The position numbers and the translations under genes were made by a program. A DNA stretch of 64,000 nucleotides, from positions 62,001 through 126,000 of the IMG/VR virus record IMGVR_UViG_3300050014_000823; one strand, written 5' to 3'. A model generated the notes under the pieces. That model did not search any database. It was not told where the DNA came from and saw nothing but the letters and a program-made list of their open reading frames with translations. Below, piece after piece: positions 23,807-34,329 of this stretch (its first letter is position 1; each line of letters opens with the position of its first letter).

Positions 23807-23962
23807 ATGAAGAACAAAGAAACAAAAAAAATGTATTCGCTGAGAATACGTAAAGAACAAATAGAATATTTAAAGGAAGTTGCAGATAAGAATTTCACCA
23901 CCGTGACCCAATATATTCTGGATTTAATAAATGCTGATATGAAAATTGGTAAAAATGTATAA
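23807..23962 (+). CDS. Small ribbon-helix-helix-like protein (51 aa)
   Basis: Manual translation MKNKETKKMYSLRIRKEQIEYLKEVADKNFTTVTQYILDLINADMKIGKNV; overlaps the GIY-YIG start. Confidence 0.65.
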   Translation: MKNKETKKMYSLRIRKEQIEYLKEVADKNFTTVTQYILDLINADMKIGKNV

Positions 23963-24647
23963 AATCTGTGGCATATATAAAATAACATCACCGACAGGTA
24001 GAATTTATATTGGGCAATCGAAGGATATTTCTAAAAGAATTGAAACTTATAGAAATGTTCGGTGTGTCAAACAAATTAGATTATATCGGTCAATTATTAA
24101 ACATGGGTGGGATGCTCATATGTTTGAAGTTATTCATGTGTGTGATGAACTAAAACTTAATGATTTGGAAAAACATTACATTAAATTTTATGATTGCTTT
24201 GATACTCTTAATGGATTAAATTTAACGAGTGGCGGTGATTCGCCCATAGTTTCAACTGAAACGAAAATAAGAATTGGTTTAGCAAGTAAAGGAAGAGTAC
24301 CACACAATAAAGGTAAGTCATTATCTGAAAAAACCAAAGAAAAATTAAGTTTGTCACATATAGGACTAACACCACACAATAAGGGTAAAAAAACATCAAT
24401 TCAAACAAAGTTAGTACAAAGTCAATCCCACATGGGTAATAAAAGTAAATTAGGTAGTTATGAACTATATAATCAAGATAATGAATTGATGTATAAGTTC
24501 AGTGATAAATTTAAAAATAAAATGAAAGAATTTGGATTACCCACATATTCTTTCATTAGGTCATATCAAAATAGCATAAAAATAAACAGAGGAATGTATA
24601 AAAATTGGTATGCGATAAAATTATTAGATGTCAATTCTGTTGCATAA
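23955..24647 (+). CDS. GIY-YIG homing endonuclease (NUMOD3), antisense to neighbours
   Basis: CGIYKITSPTGRIYIGQS..R; PHNKGK repeats. Confidence 0.9.
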   Translation: MYKICGIYKITSPTGRIYIGQSKDISKRIETYRNVRCVKQIRLYRSIIKHGWDAHMFEVIHVCDELKLNDLEKHYIKFYDCFDTLNGLNLTSGGDSPIVSTETKIRIGLASKGRVPHNKGKSLSEKTKEKLSLSHIGLTPHNKGKKTSIQTKLVQSQSHMGNKSKLGSYELYNQDNELMYKFSDKFKNKMKEFGLPTYSFIRSYQNSIKINRGMYKNWYAIKLLDVNSVA

Positions 24648-26144
24648 GACAGTAGCTGTCATTGAGGGTCTTGTAATTGCAACATAAAAAATTTGATTTC
24701 TTTCCTTTAGCACCCAATTATTTTCAATGTCGTTGAGCATAACATACACATGGGTGTATGTTGAACCCTGAGATTTATGTCCAGTAATGGCATAACCGTA
24801 GTCTAAGTCTTTCTTAATAATATCTGAATTACCTCTGAGAGTACCATTACGAAACTTATCAATGGTCACCATTATGATGCTTTGTCTGCGGAAGTCATAA
24901 TATTTATTCCAGAGTTTTTTATTTGGTATTGCCATGTCTTTGAAATAATCATGCATTTCAGCATATAGGTGCAGATTGTCATAATCATTCGAATCAACAA
25001 TGAACACGTCAACAAATTTGAACTTGTTATGTGCAAGATTTTCCCTCAACTTAACAGTCCAACCTTTGAGTCCGTAGAAGTTTTCTTCCAAATCGGATTT
25101 CTCCATCACACGGTAGTCTGCGCTGTTTTCAATTATATTATAACGCTGACTTTCACTCATTATGCTTCTGTATGCCATTAGAACATCATTGACTTCAATA
25201 ACATCAGGATTGATATTTTTCAGCAGTTCAATACGAATTATATTATTGGCTGCCATGACGGTTTCATTTCTCCAAGCAATGACCTTTACAAAATCAGTGT
25301 CTTTCTGATATTCTTCATTACTGAACTTCTCCAACATCAACTTGCGAAATTCCCTCTTATTGACTGTGAAGTAAATGCCCTCACCCAAATGATTTATATT
25401 GGACTTCCGGGGGAAACCACCATCAAGTCTATCAAGATTATTTCGTAGTGCATCGTATACAAATGCAAGTGGATTAGTGTCGTTCTGCCTTTCAATCTTG
25501 GTCAGCCAGTGAATTTCAATGTCTTGTTGTGTGAACACCACAGATTCTCTTTCACCTACAGGTGGTATCTGTGCCGGGTCGCCCATGAACAGTACTTTGG
25601 TTCGACTACCAGTTGTCAGTCTCTTAATGAGTTCAAAGAGTTCTTGGTTAATCATTGATGCTTCGTCAATGATAACGATATTATAATCACAAATTTTCGG
25701 AACTGCAATAGGATTGAAAATAGGTGAGTTTGGATTGAATTCATCCAAGTTCACATCCGGACGTAAACCACAAAGAGAATGTAGTGTTTGACCGTCTTCC
25801 CCGGTGGTATTCATAATGACCTTTTTGGCTTTATGTGTTGGTGCACTAACTACAATTCCCCATGAAGTTTCATCTAGTATTTTCTTAATCAATGTTGACT
25901 TACCTGTTCCCGCATAACCCGCTAATGTAAAGAACGTCACACCTTCCTTCTTTATCCACAAGCGAATTTTTCCAACACCATCGTATTGTTCAGTATTGAA
26001 GGTGATTAGTTTGCCTGTGGGAAGCAATAGTTGATTGTCATTCTCAGTAATTGCTCTTACCGGTTTACTGCTGAATAAATCATCAAAGTCCATGTTTTTC
26101 GAGAAATCTCTGAATGGACTTTTAAATGGTTGTTTATAAGACAT
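24624..26144 (-). CDS. dda: Dda/RecD-like SF1B DNA helicase
   Basis: GYAGTGKS, APTHKA, IDEASM, GDPAQIPP, ERQ, YAITGHKSQGST, YVAITR. Confidence 0.9.
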   Translation of the reverse strand: MSYKQPFKSPFRDFSKNMDFDDLFSSKPVRAITENDNQLLLPTGKLITFNTEQYDGVGKIRLWIKKEGVTFFTLAGYAGTGKSTLIKKILDETSWGIVVSAPTHKAKKVIMNTTGEDGQTLHSLCGLRPDVNLDEFNPNSPIFNPIAVPKICDYNIVIIDEASMINQELFELIKRLTTGSRTKVLFMGDPAQIPPVGERESVVFTQQDIEIHWLTKIERQNDTNPLAFVYDALRNNLDRLDGGFPRKSNINHLGEGIYFTVNKREFRKLMLEKFSNEEYQKDTDFVKVIAWRNETVMAANNIIRIELLKNINPDVIEVNDVLMAYRSIMSESQRYNIIENSADYRVMEKSDLEENFYGLKGWTVKLRENLAHNKFKFVDVFIVDSNDYDNLHLYAEMHDYFKDMAIPNKKLWNKYYDFRRQSIIMVTIDKFRNGTLRGNSDIIKKDLDYGYAITGHKSQGSTYTHVYVMLNDIENNWVLKERNQIFYVAITRPSMTATVLCNRIDI

Positions 26145-26385
26145 TACTTCCTTTGTTTGAGTGCCTTAATAAGTGCTTTAAGTGTTCTCAGACTTTTGAA
26201 TTTAATTTCTTCCACGTCATACAATTCAATAGTATAACCACCTTTGACTTTTTCATCATTTGAATTTGAAATCAATATGCCCTTTCCATTAACCTCGAAA
26301 GTGTAGTAATGAAATTTATCACCAAAATCGACATCATTTTGTCTTTTGAAACCTAATTTAAGTAGGTCTTTTGCTTTAATTCTTT

Positions 26386-27003
26386 TCATTTTATTTCTTC
26401 TCTTAATAAGTTACCGAAAAACATTTTGTTGTGAAAAATTACTGCACCCTTAATTGTTTCATCGTGATTGAATGCCCATTCGTAATTTGCATATGTCATG
26501 TAGAATTCTTCGAGTTTCATCCATTTAACAACGGCAGTTTCTTTACAAGTGAATTTTTCAATATCAGCGGGAAATTTATCTGGTTCTTTTGAAAAATCAA
26601 GTACATTGAGATATATGTGAGAGATATTCTGACGTTTATCTTCTGATGGTTTATCTTTAGTCCTGTAAGGTTCGCCACTATTATTAAACAACATGTACTT
26701 TTCGTATTCCGGAAGATATAATGAAGTTTCTTCATAAACCTCACGTATCATTGCTTCATGACGGGTTTCATTAAAGTCCAAATAACCACAAGGAATACCA
26801 TATTTATTTGCTTCATCACGCATAGTATTAGACCTCCGGGTTATAAGAATTTGCATACCTACATTAGTAAATGCAAATACTACACCCACAACAGCAGTTG
26901 CTCTACAAACAAAAAAATCTTGCTGAATTTTTAATCCACATTCATCTGAATAGTAGTACTTCACATGTGCATTCGGCTTATTGTTAAACTTCGGTGCTTC
27001 CAT
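26386..27003 (-). CDS. NUDIX hydrolase
   Basis: PCGYLDFNETRHEAMIREVYEET Nudix box; WAFNH. Confidence 0.9.
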   Translation of the reverse strand: MEAPKFNNKPNAHVKYYYSDECGLKIQQDFFVCRATAVVGVVFAFTNVGMQILITRRSNTMRDEANKYGIPCGYLDFNETRHEAMIREVYEETSLYLPEYEKYMLFNNSGEPYRTKDKPSEDKRQNISHIYLNVLDFSKEPDKFPADIEKFTCKETAVVKWMKLEEFYMTYANYEWAFNHDETIKGAVIFHNKMFFGNLLREEIK

Positions 27004-27079
27004 TTCATATAATTTAATACGACAACAAAAATAGTACTTATTTAATAAAAAACAACTATATTTGTATTTATTATTTTAA

Positions 27080-27679
27080 ATGATGAATAAAATTTGTGGC
27101 ATATATAAAATAACTTCACCTACCAATAAAATTTATATTGGGCAATCTGTTAATATTTACCGGAGAATTAACCATTATGTGAATATTATGTGTATTGACC
27201 AGCCAAAATTGTATCATTCGTTAGTTAAATATGGATGGAATGCACATATTTTTGAAATCATACATGAATGCGAAGCATCTGAATTAAATAATTTGGAGAA
27301 ACATTACATCAAAATTTTTAATAGTTTTAATACTGAACATGGATTAAATTTAACCGATGGTGGTGAGGGTGCAAATGTTACGCAAGAAACAAGAGAAAAA
27401 ATACGATTATGTAAGATAGGTGTTAGCCGACCAACGAGTATGAGAAAAAAATTAAGTAATACAAAAAGAGGAAAACCCCCACATATTAATTGTAGACATA
27501 AACCAAAGGAATATGAAATTTATAACCAAAATAGTGAATTAATTGCTAAAGGTAAATTTAATATAAAAAATAAATTAGCAGAATTACATCTACCTACATA
27601 TAGTTTTTGTAAAACATATAGAGAAAATACAAAAATACGTAAAGGAAAATATAGGAATTGGTTTGTTGTTAAATTATAA
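27080..27679 (+). CDS. GIY-YIG homing endonuclease, paralogue of 23955-24647
   Basis: CGIYKITSPTNKIYIGQS..R; GLNLTDGGEG. Confidence 0.9.
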   Translation: MMNKICGIYKITSPTNKIYIGQSVNIYRRINHYVNIMCIDQPKLYHSLVKYGWNAHIFEIIHECEASELNNLEKHYIKIFNSFNTEHGLNLTDGGEGANVTQETREKIRLCKIGVSRPTSMRKKLSNTKRGKPPHINCRHKPKEYEIYNQNSELIAKGKFNIKNKLAELHLPTYSFCKTYRENTKIRKGKYRNWFVVKL

Positions 27680-28201
27680 CACAACCATTTTTTCTTGTAG
27701 TTTAATTATTTTTTCTTTCAGTGTCCAAATTCTCATTGTGCCAAGCCTGGCGATTTTAAAACATTCTTCCGTTGTCAGTTTCCTTGCATTCTTCCTTCTT
27801 GGTGGCTTCCGTACTTCCTTCACGTATATTCTTCCACCATCCCAACTGGGTCTGTGACAGGTCAGTATCCCGGCTTCCGGTGGTATGAGGTCTTTAACCT
27901 TTTCATACAATGCTTCTGGCATTGCGTAATAAAAGTAAGAAATTCTCCCGCCTCTGTCACCATGATTATGTCCCTTTTTAAAGTCTGCAAGCAAGTCTGA
28001 CTTACTTATTTTTATTTCAATTTCTGTTGCTATTCCTGCTTTCGTAACCACAAACATATCGCATTCATGCATTCCCGGCAATCCCCAACTGATATTCGGT
28101 ACGATAATGTTTATTCTTATTCCAAAATACTTGGCTAACGCCACTTCAATATCAATCGTTTTTATTGGTTTGGGTTTCGCAACTGTCTTTCTTACTGCCA
28201 C
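27674..28201 (-). CDS. MmcB-like PD-(D/E)XK nuclease
   Basis: HECD..EIEIKISKSDLLADFKK..FYYAMP..AGIL. Confidence 0.7.
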   Translation of the reverse strand: MAVRKTVAKPKPIKTIDIEVALAKYFGIRINIIVPNISWGLPGMHECDMFVVTKAGIATEIEIKISKSDLLADFKKGHNHGDRGGRISYFYYAMPEALYEKVKDLIPPEAGILTCHRPSWDGGRIYVKEVRKPPRRKNARKLTTEECFKIARLGTMRIWTLKEKIIKLQEKMVVL

Positions 28202-28215
28202 TTCTCATAATCTTA

Positions 28216-28740
28216 CTATCTTAAGTTATTTTTTCTGTAGTAAGTTATCTTGTATAAGATATTATTCTTACTATTTTGCCAGCCATTTTCATGGTAAACG
28301 GCAAAGTTAGCAAATAATTTGTCAATCGGAAACCTTTTATTACCTTCCGAGATATTTAAATTCACCCAAGTGATAATACACTCATCACAATAATCTATAA
28401 GTGAATCATATACCTGTGCTCCACCCGCAACAAAAATTTTATTAAAATCCAAATTTTTATTATCGAGTATACTGAAAATCATGTCTAAGTTCCTAAATTG
28501 GTAGATACCCGCAAGGTCTTCTATGGGGTGGTGACCATTTAATACTATGTATTCTCTGCCTTCAAATGCTTTTGGCGGTAGGGTTTTATAGGTATTATAC
28601 CCAACGAGTAATATGTTGTCCATAGTAGTATTCCTGAAGTGTTTAAAATCTTCAGGAATTCTCCAAGGCATTTGGTCGCCTATGCCGATAACACCATCCA
28701 CACTTACGGCAGCGATTATAACTAACTTGCAGTATTTCAT
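28216..28740 (-). CDS. folA: Dihydrofolate reductase
   Basis: VIGIGDQMPWRIPEDFKHFR, VGYNTY, GR, AGGAQVY. Confidence 0.92.
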   Translation of the reverse strand: MKYCKLVIIAAVSVDGVIGIGDQMPWRIPEDFKHFRNTTMDNILLVGYNTYKTLPPKAFEGREYIVLNGHHPIEDLAGIYQFRNLDMIFSILDNKNLDFNKIFVAGGAQVYDSLIDYCDECIITWVNLNISEGNKRFPIDKLFANFAVYHENGWQNSKNNILYKITYYRKNNLR

Positions 28741-28847
28741 TTGAATACAAATATGTGTACCAACAAATATAAGATTGCAAGCAAAAACAATATCATACCG
28801 ATTTTTTGTAACTTACTCATCTTAATATTTGTAATTTATTCTTATTT

Positions 28848-29468
28848 TTAAGCCTTCTTCCTATCTTTTATAAGTTCACGTAAGAAGACGTTTTTAATTC
28901 CACCAATAAACCTTACCCATTCTTTGTAATACTCCGGAAACATTTCCTGTTGCTTCTCTGCACTCTGCATTTTAATCATAATGTAGTTTTGTTCGGGCAC
29001 ATTACCTCTTGCTTCTGGATACATCTTAACATCAAAGATATAGTCCACAAAGTCTGGATAGTCCTTTCTGTTAAATACACGTTCATCACAGATAAAGCTA
29101 AGTGCGGTAAGTGCATGATTTAAATCGGGTTCAATCATGAACGCAAATTCAATGTCATTTTCCTGTAATTGGTCGCCAATTAAATTCAAGCTGCCTGCAG
29201 GAATCATTTCAAAGTCACGCTCATCATTCGTTGTACCACCATTAAGAATAACAAAAGTCTCAAATTTCTCCAAGAAATCCCAAACAATATGATTTGGGTC
29301 ATGTCTGCCATACTTCAAACAATGGCGACCAAGCGCATGTCCTGCCTGTATGCCTTGTTGAATTGGACTGATGTTGTACGGTACAAAAAAGTACATACGT
29401 AATTCAAGTACTTCTACTTCACTGTAATTGCTATTATCTCCCATTATTCCTGTGGTTTTTCGTTCCAT
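28848..29468 (-). CDS. Phage peptidyl-tRNA hydrolase (Pth2)-like protein
   Basis: QQGIQAGHA, ILNGG, EPDLNHALTA. Confidence 0.6.
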   Translation of the reverse strand: MERKTTGIMGDNSNYSEVEVLELRMYFFVPYNISPIQQGIQAGHALGRHCLKYGRHDPNHIVWDFLEKFETFVILNGGTTNDERDFEMIPAGSLNLIGDQLQENDIEFAFMIEPDLNHALTALSFICDERVFNRKDYPDFVDYIFDVKMYPEARGNVPEQNYIMIKMQSAEKQQEMFPEYYKEWVRFIGGIKNVFLRELIKDRKKA

Positions 29469-30411
29469 TTATGTTTAGGAAGCATGTCGGTGATATCTTC
29501 CTTTGCTGACATTTTCCTATCGAGTTCATGCCAAGCATCATTTGACATACCATGTTGCCAATCGTGCCAATGTTCGAACCATTTCCAATAGTTACCATCG
29601 GGACGGTTCTTAGCACTTTCCGGGTCAACACCAAACTTACTGAGCTGCTGAACACAATATTCTTGTTGTTCTCTGAGTTCAGCGAGTTCTATTATCATTT
29701 CGGGTGTCATTGGATATCTGCCATGACTTACGTCATGATTAGTTCTCCACAAAATACCGCCAATCATATCAATGAAAAAATATGTGGTTACTTCGTCAAA
29801 TCCTTCGATTTTTGTTTTGTCTTCTGCTTCCATATTATTCTATGTTTTTTATGTATGCATCTTTAACTGCACTGTTTATTATTGTGTCAAATAAATCGTT
29901 TAATTCTTTATCACGACAAGTTTTATCTCTTATCTTTATTCTCAAAGCGAATCTGTCAGTTAATGTAGAGACTGGCACCCATGCAATATGACAATGACTT
30001 TCTTTAAAAACATCATTACGATAAAGCACAAGATATTCCTTTTCGTGAAACCATCTTTTCCTCTGTCTGCCAAACCAAACTGCTTTAAAGGCAAATCCAG
30101 GTACTGCTTCGAGCCAAAACTGTCTTTTTTCAATCTTGAATTCTGGATTGAGACCTACGCTTAAAAAATTCCAAATATGTATTGCCATTGTAGATGTTTT
30201 AACTGATTACAATATCACCTGTCTTAAACAATTCGGTGTTTCTTCGAAGCAGTTCCTCAAATAATGGTTCGCCTTCGCTTTCTACAGCAAATTTACGTGC
30301 TTCATCAAGCGAATAACCGTTGCAGTGCACGAGAATTAATACGTAGTCTGAAAAGGTTTTCAATTTTGCACTTGCTTCGTAACTTTTTTTCTTTATATTG
30401 CTCATGTCTGT

Positions 30412-30606
30412 TTAATTAAATGGTGTTTCAAATGGACTGTCAAACGCTCCGTGAGGATGCGGTGGCTTTGGTGGATGTGGCGGGTGTGGTGGATGATGGG
30501 GATGCGACATCATTACAAGACTTATCGTGTTGTCCAACGCTATTCTTGTTATTGTTGGCTTCACGTAGACTTTTTTCTCGCATTTCTTTTTTATGTTCTT
30601 TTTCAT
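30412..30606 (-). CDS. Small peptide with YxKP leader-like motif and His/Pro-rich tail
   Basis: KKVYVKPTITRIALDNTISLVMMS-HPHHPPHPPHPPKPPHPHG. Confidence 0.55.
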   Translation of the reverse strand: MKKNIKKKCEKKVYVKPTITRIALDNTISLVMMSHPHHPPHPPHPPKPPHPHGAFDSPFETPFN

Positions 30607-30694
30607 GTTTTAATATAAATACCACAAAACCAATACAACCACAAATAACACATATAACAAGTACAAGCAATAGGTCATCAATGGTTTTCATTTG

Positions 30695-30922
30695 TCAATA
30701 ATTATACGGTTCTTCTTCATAAACAGCAACAACAGTTGACCCCCAATATTCAGTGAACTGAACTCTTGAATGGTCGATAAGTGCTTTAGCACCTACGATA
30801 GCTATAAGTACACTGAGGAACGGAATAAAATATTCCCACCAAACGAATTCATGCTTTTTGAAGTAATAGAAAATTCCCGTTACAATAAGGGGAATCAGTA
30901 ATGCTAAATAAACTGTTGGCAT
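30695..30922 (-). pseudogene. Probably truncated phage membrane protein
   Basis: Two TM helices then TEYWGS..YEEEPYNY and an abrupt stop. Confidence 0.35.
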
Positions 30923-30948
30923 AGTCTGAATTTTTAAAGTTATGACTG

Positions 30949-30978
30949 ATTATACGAAATTGTCCCGGAAATGTTACA
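30949..30978 (-). promoter_or_regulatory. Phage promoter motif TGTAAC-N18-TATAAT
   Basis: attatacgaaattgtcccggaaatgttaca. Confidence 0.8.
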
Positions 30979-31759
30979 AATCCGGAACAAAAAAATCAAG
31001 AAATATTTTATCCTGAGTAAAAGTAGGACATTCACTACTTACCCAAACAGTCCTCTGATAGGCTTTTTGTTGCAGTTCTGCTTTAACAAAAGGAGTTTCC
31101 ATTTCACGAACTTCTTTCTTAATAAACCTACCTCTTTTTTGCTGTGGGGTAAAGTCATTCCAGTTGATACCCTTTTGAAATATCATTTCCTGCTGTACGT
31201 TCATGTTCTTGCCGTTGAGTTCTCTGTGGCTGTAAAGTGTCTGAGCAACGCTTGAAATACTGTTGCGAACTGTGTCCTGTTGTCTCCAGATGAAGTAGTT
31301 TTTCACTTCATCGTTTGAAGGAATAGTAAACACCCTTGCATCGAATTCGGCAAGTTTCATATCGGCATAATTAAATCCAATAGTATGTTTTAATTGTCGA
31401 ATTGTTCTTAATTGGTTGAACTTAGCGGTAGCTATACTTGCTGCAACACTGACAACCTTCTGCACGTTACCGTCAAACCAGGCATCAGTACCGATTTCAT
31501 CGAAGTCGGTCATAAGAATACTGATTTCGTCACTCTGAACAAATGCGAATTTAGCACCCTGTATGTTCTTGCAGAGATACATTGCAGCTCCATCCATGTC
31601 AGTCATAAGACCTTCATCGAAAGGTTTTTTCATACCTCTGGTATAAGTGTGAAATGCTTTACCGTCAATACGGATAATGCTATATGACCTACGGGGAAGC
31701 CAAGTCTTTGCTCGGTCCTCATAATAGGATTTCATGCGATTTCCAAGTTCATCAACCAT
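30974..31759 (-). CDS. thg1: tRNA(His) guanylyltransferase Thg1-like protein
   Basis: RIDGKAFH, QSDEIS, FDAR, YFIWRQQD..RNS. Confidence 0.93.
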   Translation of the reverse strand: MVDELGNRMKSYYEDRAKTWLPRRSYSIIRIDGKAFHTYTRGMKKPFDEGLMTDMDGAAMYLCKNIQGAKFAFVQSDEISILMTDFDEIGTDAWFDGNVQKVVSVAASIATAKFNQLRTIRQLKHTIGFNYADMKLAEFDARVFTIPSNDEVKNYFIWRQQDTVRNSISSVAQTLYSHRELNGKNMNVQQEMIFQKGINWNDFTPQQKRGRFIKKEVREMETPFVKAELQQKAYQRTVWVSSECPTFTQDKIFLDFFVPDL

Positions 31760-32289
31760 TTTTCAAAATATTAGTTTATTTTACACGGACACCACTCAGG
31801 TATTGGAGTTTTGTCATGCCATTCAACAAACCCGGCAATTTGACGCTTCGCTTTTTTACATGTCCATTTAAATGGCATTTCAAAGCTATCTGCAGTATAT
31901 ACTCTTTCTGATTCCCAGAAAGGACACTCACTACAGTCTTTAATTTTGATTTTAATTTCAGTTGCCATTGTTTATCAATTTCAGTTTTTCCTGGAGTTCC
32001 TTCTCCATTCTGTCCTTAACTATAAGAGCAAATGTTTCTTTTGAAACACCGTAAAGCGGACACCTTTTAATCTTCTCGAAGTCGATATTACACATACCTC
32101 TTCCGAAGAATTGAGAACTGTAGTCCAAAGGGTCTTCGATTGTTCTACCTGCGCACTTATGCCCATTTATACTGCAGAGGCAATAGTTTTCGCAATCACC
32201 CGAAAGCATGTATTCGTAGTTTTCTTTCGTTAATGCGGGGCATGTTGTCCCGATTTCCGGTACTTCGATTTTCTTCTTTCTCTTTGCCA

Positions 32290-32796
32290 TTATTCGAATA
32301 GATTATATGGTTTATTAACTTTTACTACGCCTACTTTAATATAGTTTTTAATATCAAGTATCTTAGCAACATCTTTTAACTTACAAACAAATACCCGGTC
32401 TTGGTCAAAATCAACTTCTTTAAGTTGATTATCTGCACCGTGATAATTTATTTTTATTCTCGTTAACTTGGGAACAACAAATACAATATATCTTCCCGCA
32501 AGCGAACCTAACTTGTAATATCCTTCGAACCGTTCAATACTAACAGTCAAGTATTCGAGTGTTTTAAAAATATCTTCCATGTTAGAAGGTATTAATATTA
32601 CATTTGCACCACCATGATTAGTGTCTTGAAAAATTGTTGCAGAAGTCTGATTGATTTTCGTACACAATGTTTGATTCCAATCAGTCTGATGCATACTTTC
32701 AGGATACTTACTGTCTTTATATCCTTCATAATCCCATGAAACTAAGGGTATGTGAGTCGATAAAAAGTTTTGTAGTTTACTCATTTTACTCTTCAT
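32290..32796 (-). CDS. Stand-alone fragment resembling the C-terminal half of a T4 gp23-like major capsid protein
   Basis: DWNQTLCTKINQTSATI...GGANVI...IFKTLEY...GSLAGRYIVF. Confidence 0.6.
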   Translation of the reverse strand: MKSKMSKLQNFLSTHIPLVSWDYEGYKDSKYPESMHQTDWNQTLCTKINQTSATIFQDTNHGGANVILIPSNMEDIFKTLEYLTVSIERFEGYYKLGSLAGRYIVFVVPKLTRIKINYHGADNQLKEVDFDQDRVFVCKLKDVAKILDIKNYIKVGVVKVNKPYNLFE

Positions 32797-33829
32797 TTTT
32801 AATCAAGAATTTGTTTGAAATTGCTTTAAAGCTAAGTCTGCCTTGATTTTTAAGTTCGTATCGTACAAATACAACACCCTCACGTTCTGTCTGAGGATTA
32901 AGAGCACTTTTACCTTCTGCGTATGCGAGTATTTCATCAACACTGGCAGGAAGTATGTAATTCCTGTCAAGTATAGGAACTGTCTCAATTTTAAGCGTAT
33001 TGCACAGTTCAATCATTTCTTCGTATGGTAAAAATTCATACCTGTCAATGTCGAACATACGGAAAAACCTTACGGTCTGACCTTTGAGTTTATATTTGTT
33101 CTTCTGAATACCCTCACCAATGATTTCACCCTGCAGACCTAAGTTCCTGCCAAGTACACCAAGTTTTTCCTCAAGAAAGTTCTGACGAGCAAATTTCCAA
33201 AATGAATTACTTGGACTTTCGTAGTATTCCCAATTCCTACCGCAAACACCGAACATACCGTCTTTCCAGAAGAAACTTCCACTGCTACCATCGAGTTTTT
33301 CGGTAGTAACAAATGACTGACCTGCATATTCAACAGGTATATGTGGAAGTATCTGAATACGGTCTTCATCGGTAATCATCATGAATGAAGGAAAACCACC
33401 TTTAGCATCACCCGCAAGTTCTGCAGGGATAGGTGCTTCGTATTTTTCAACACCAAGTTCCTCGCTGACATCAAAACCAACAGGACTGTCAGCTAAGTCA
33501 TGTAAGGTAATTCTTGACCTTTCAAGTTCTTCGATATGCCATTTAGTATTAGCATTGAGTATATCCAACGGAAAACAAATGCCCTGGCTTACTTGCCCTC
33601 TCAAGCGTACTGTTCTGATTCTGTAGTTGTTGTGCTTTAAGAATTCAAATTCCTCACGTTTTGGAACGAGACTATCTATTTCCAGATAGACCACTAATTC
33701 ACCTACATGAAACTGATTTTTCTTAACTACGACTTTCCAGCCAAGAATTTGTGCAACCTCGATTGCTTGTGCATCTGGAATAGGACTAAGATTTAAAATC
33801 CTCTGAATTGTTGCTAATTTTCGTGCCAT
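32786..33829 (-). CDS. RNA ligase (DRB0094/Rnl2-like) with N-terminal OB domain
   Basis: RKLATI..SQG; TDEDRIQ, TEKLDGSS, QGE, REGVV, FKAIS. Confidence 0.92.
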   Translation of the reverse strand: MARKLATIQRILNLSPIPDAQAIEVAQILGWKVVVKKNQFHVGELVVYLEIDSLVPKREEFEFLKHNNYRIRTVRLRGQVSQGICFPLDILNANTKWHIEELERSRITLHDLADSPVGFDVSEELGVEKYEAPIPAELAGDAKGGFPSFMMITDEDRIQILPHIPVEYAGQSFVTTEKLDGSSGSFFWKDGMFGVCGRNWEYYESPSNSFWKFARQNFLEEKLGVLGRNLGLQGEIIGEGIQKNKYKLKGQTVRFFRMFDIDRYEFLPYEEMIELCNTLKIETVPILDRNYILPASVDEILAYAEGKSALNPQTEREGVVFVRYELKNQGRLSFKAISNKFLIKNEE

Positions 33830-34329
33830 TTTATTCTGCTATATAAATGTATGAATCTCTTTCATATTCAAATTTACCACTTTCTTTTGTCGCATCTACT
33901 TGATAATCTTTCACCCGGCTATTATCGGGTTTAACAGGACATTTAACTGCATAATGTATTTGACATCCTGCAATTATTATTTCTCTCTCATTACCGCCAA
34001 TTCTTGCAAACCAATTACTGCTGTTTCTATTGGTTATGACACCCAAGAATTTGTCATCCATTATCACAACTTCTCCCCACGCACTACGATACTGTTTGCC
34101 ATCGGGAGCAATGAACCAATGGTCTGTCGTGATTAAATATTTTCCTGTCATATTCATGGTAATCTCAATATAAATAAACAATCCGATTTATGTATGCCAC
34201 CATAGCAATCACAGTGTTCGCACTTCTTACCCAACGATTGCTTTGCATCTTCTATCGCTATTGCCAATGCAACCCAAGCATCTTCACTGATAGTAACTAC
34301 TTTCTTCTCTTTTTCCATAATAATAAAAT

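Noticed and set aside
30440-30922. Stop-codon reassignment (in-frame TGA between 30695 and 30691)
   Set aside because: Conserved enzymes are full-length in code 11 and TGA/TAG end many genes at tight junctions; truncation explains this case better.
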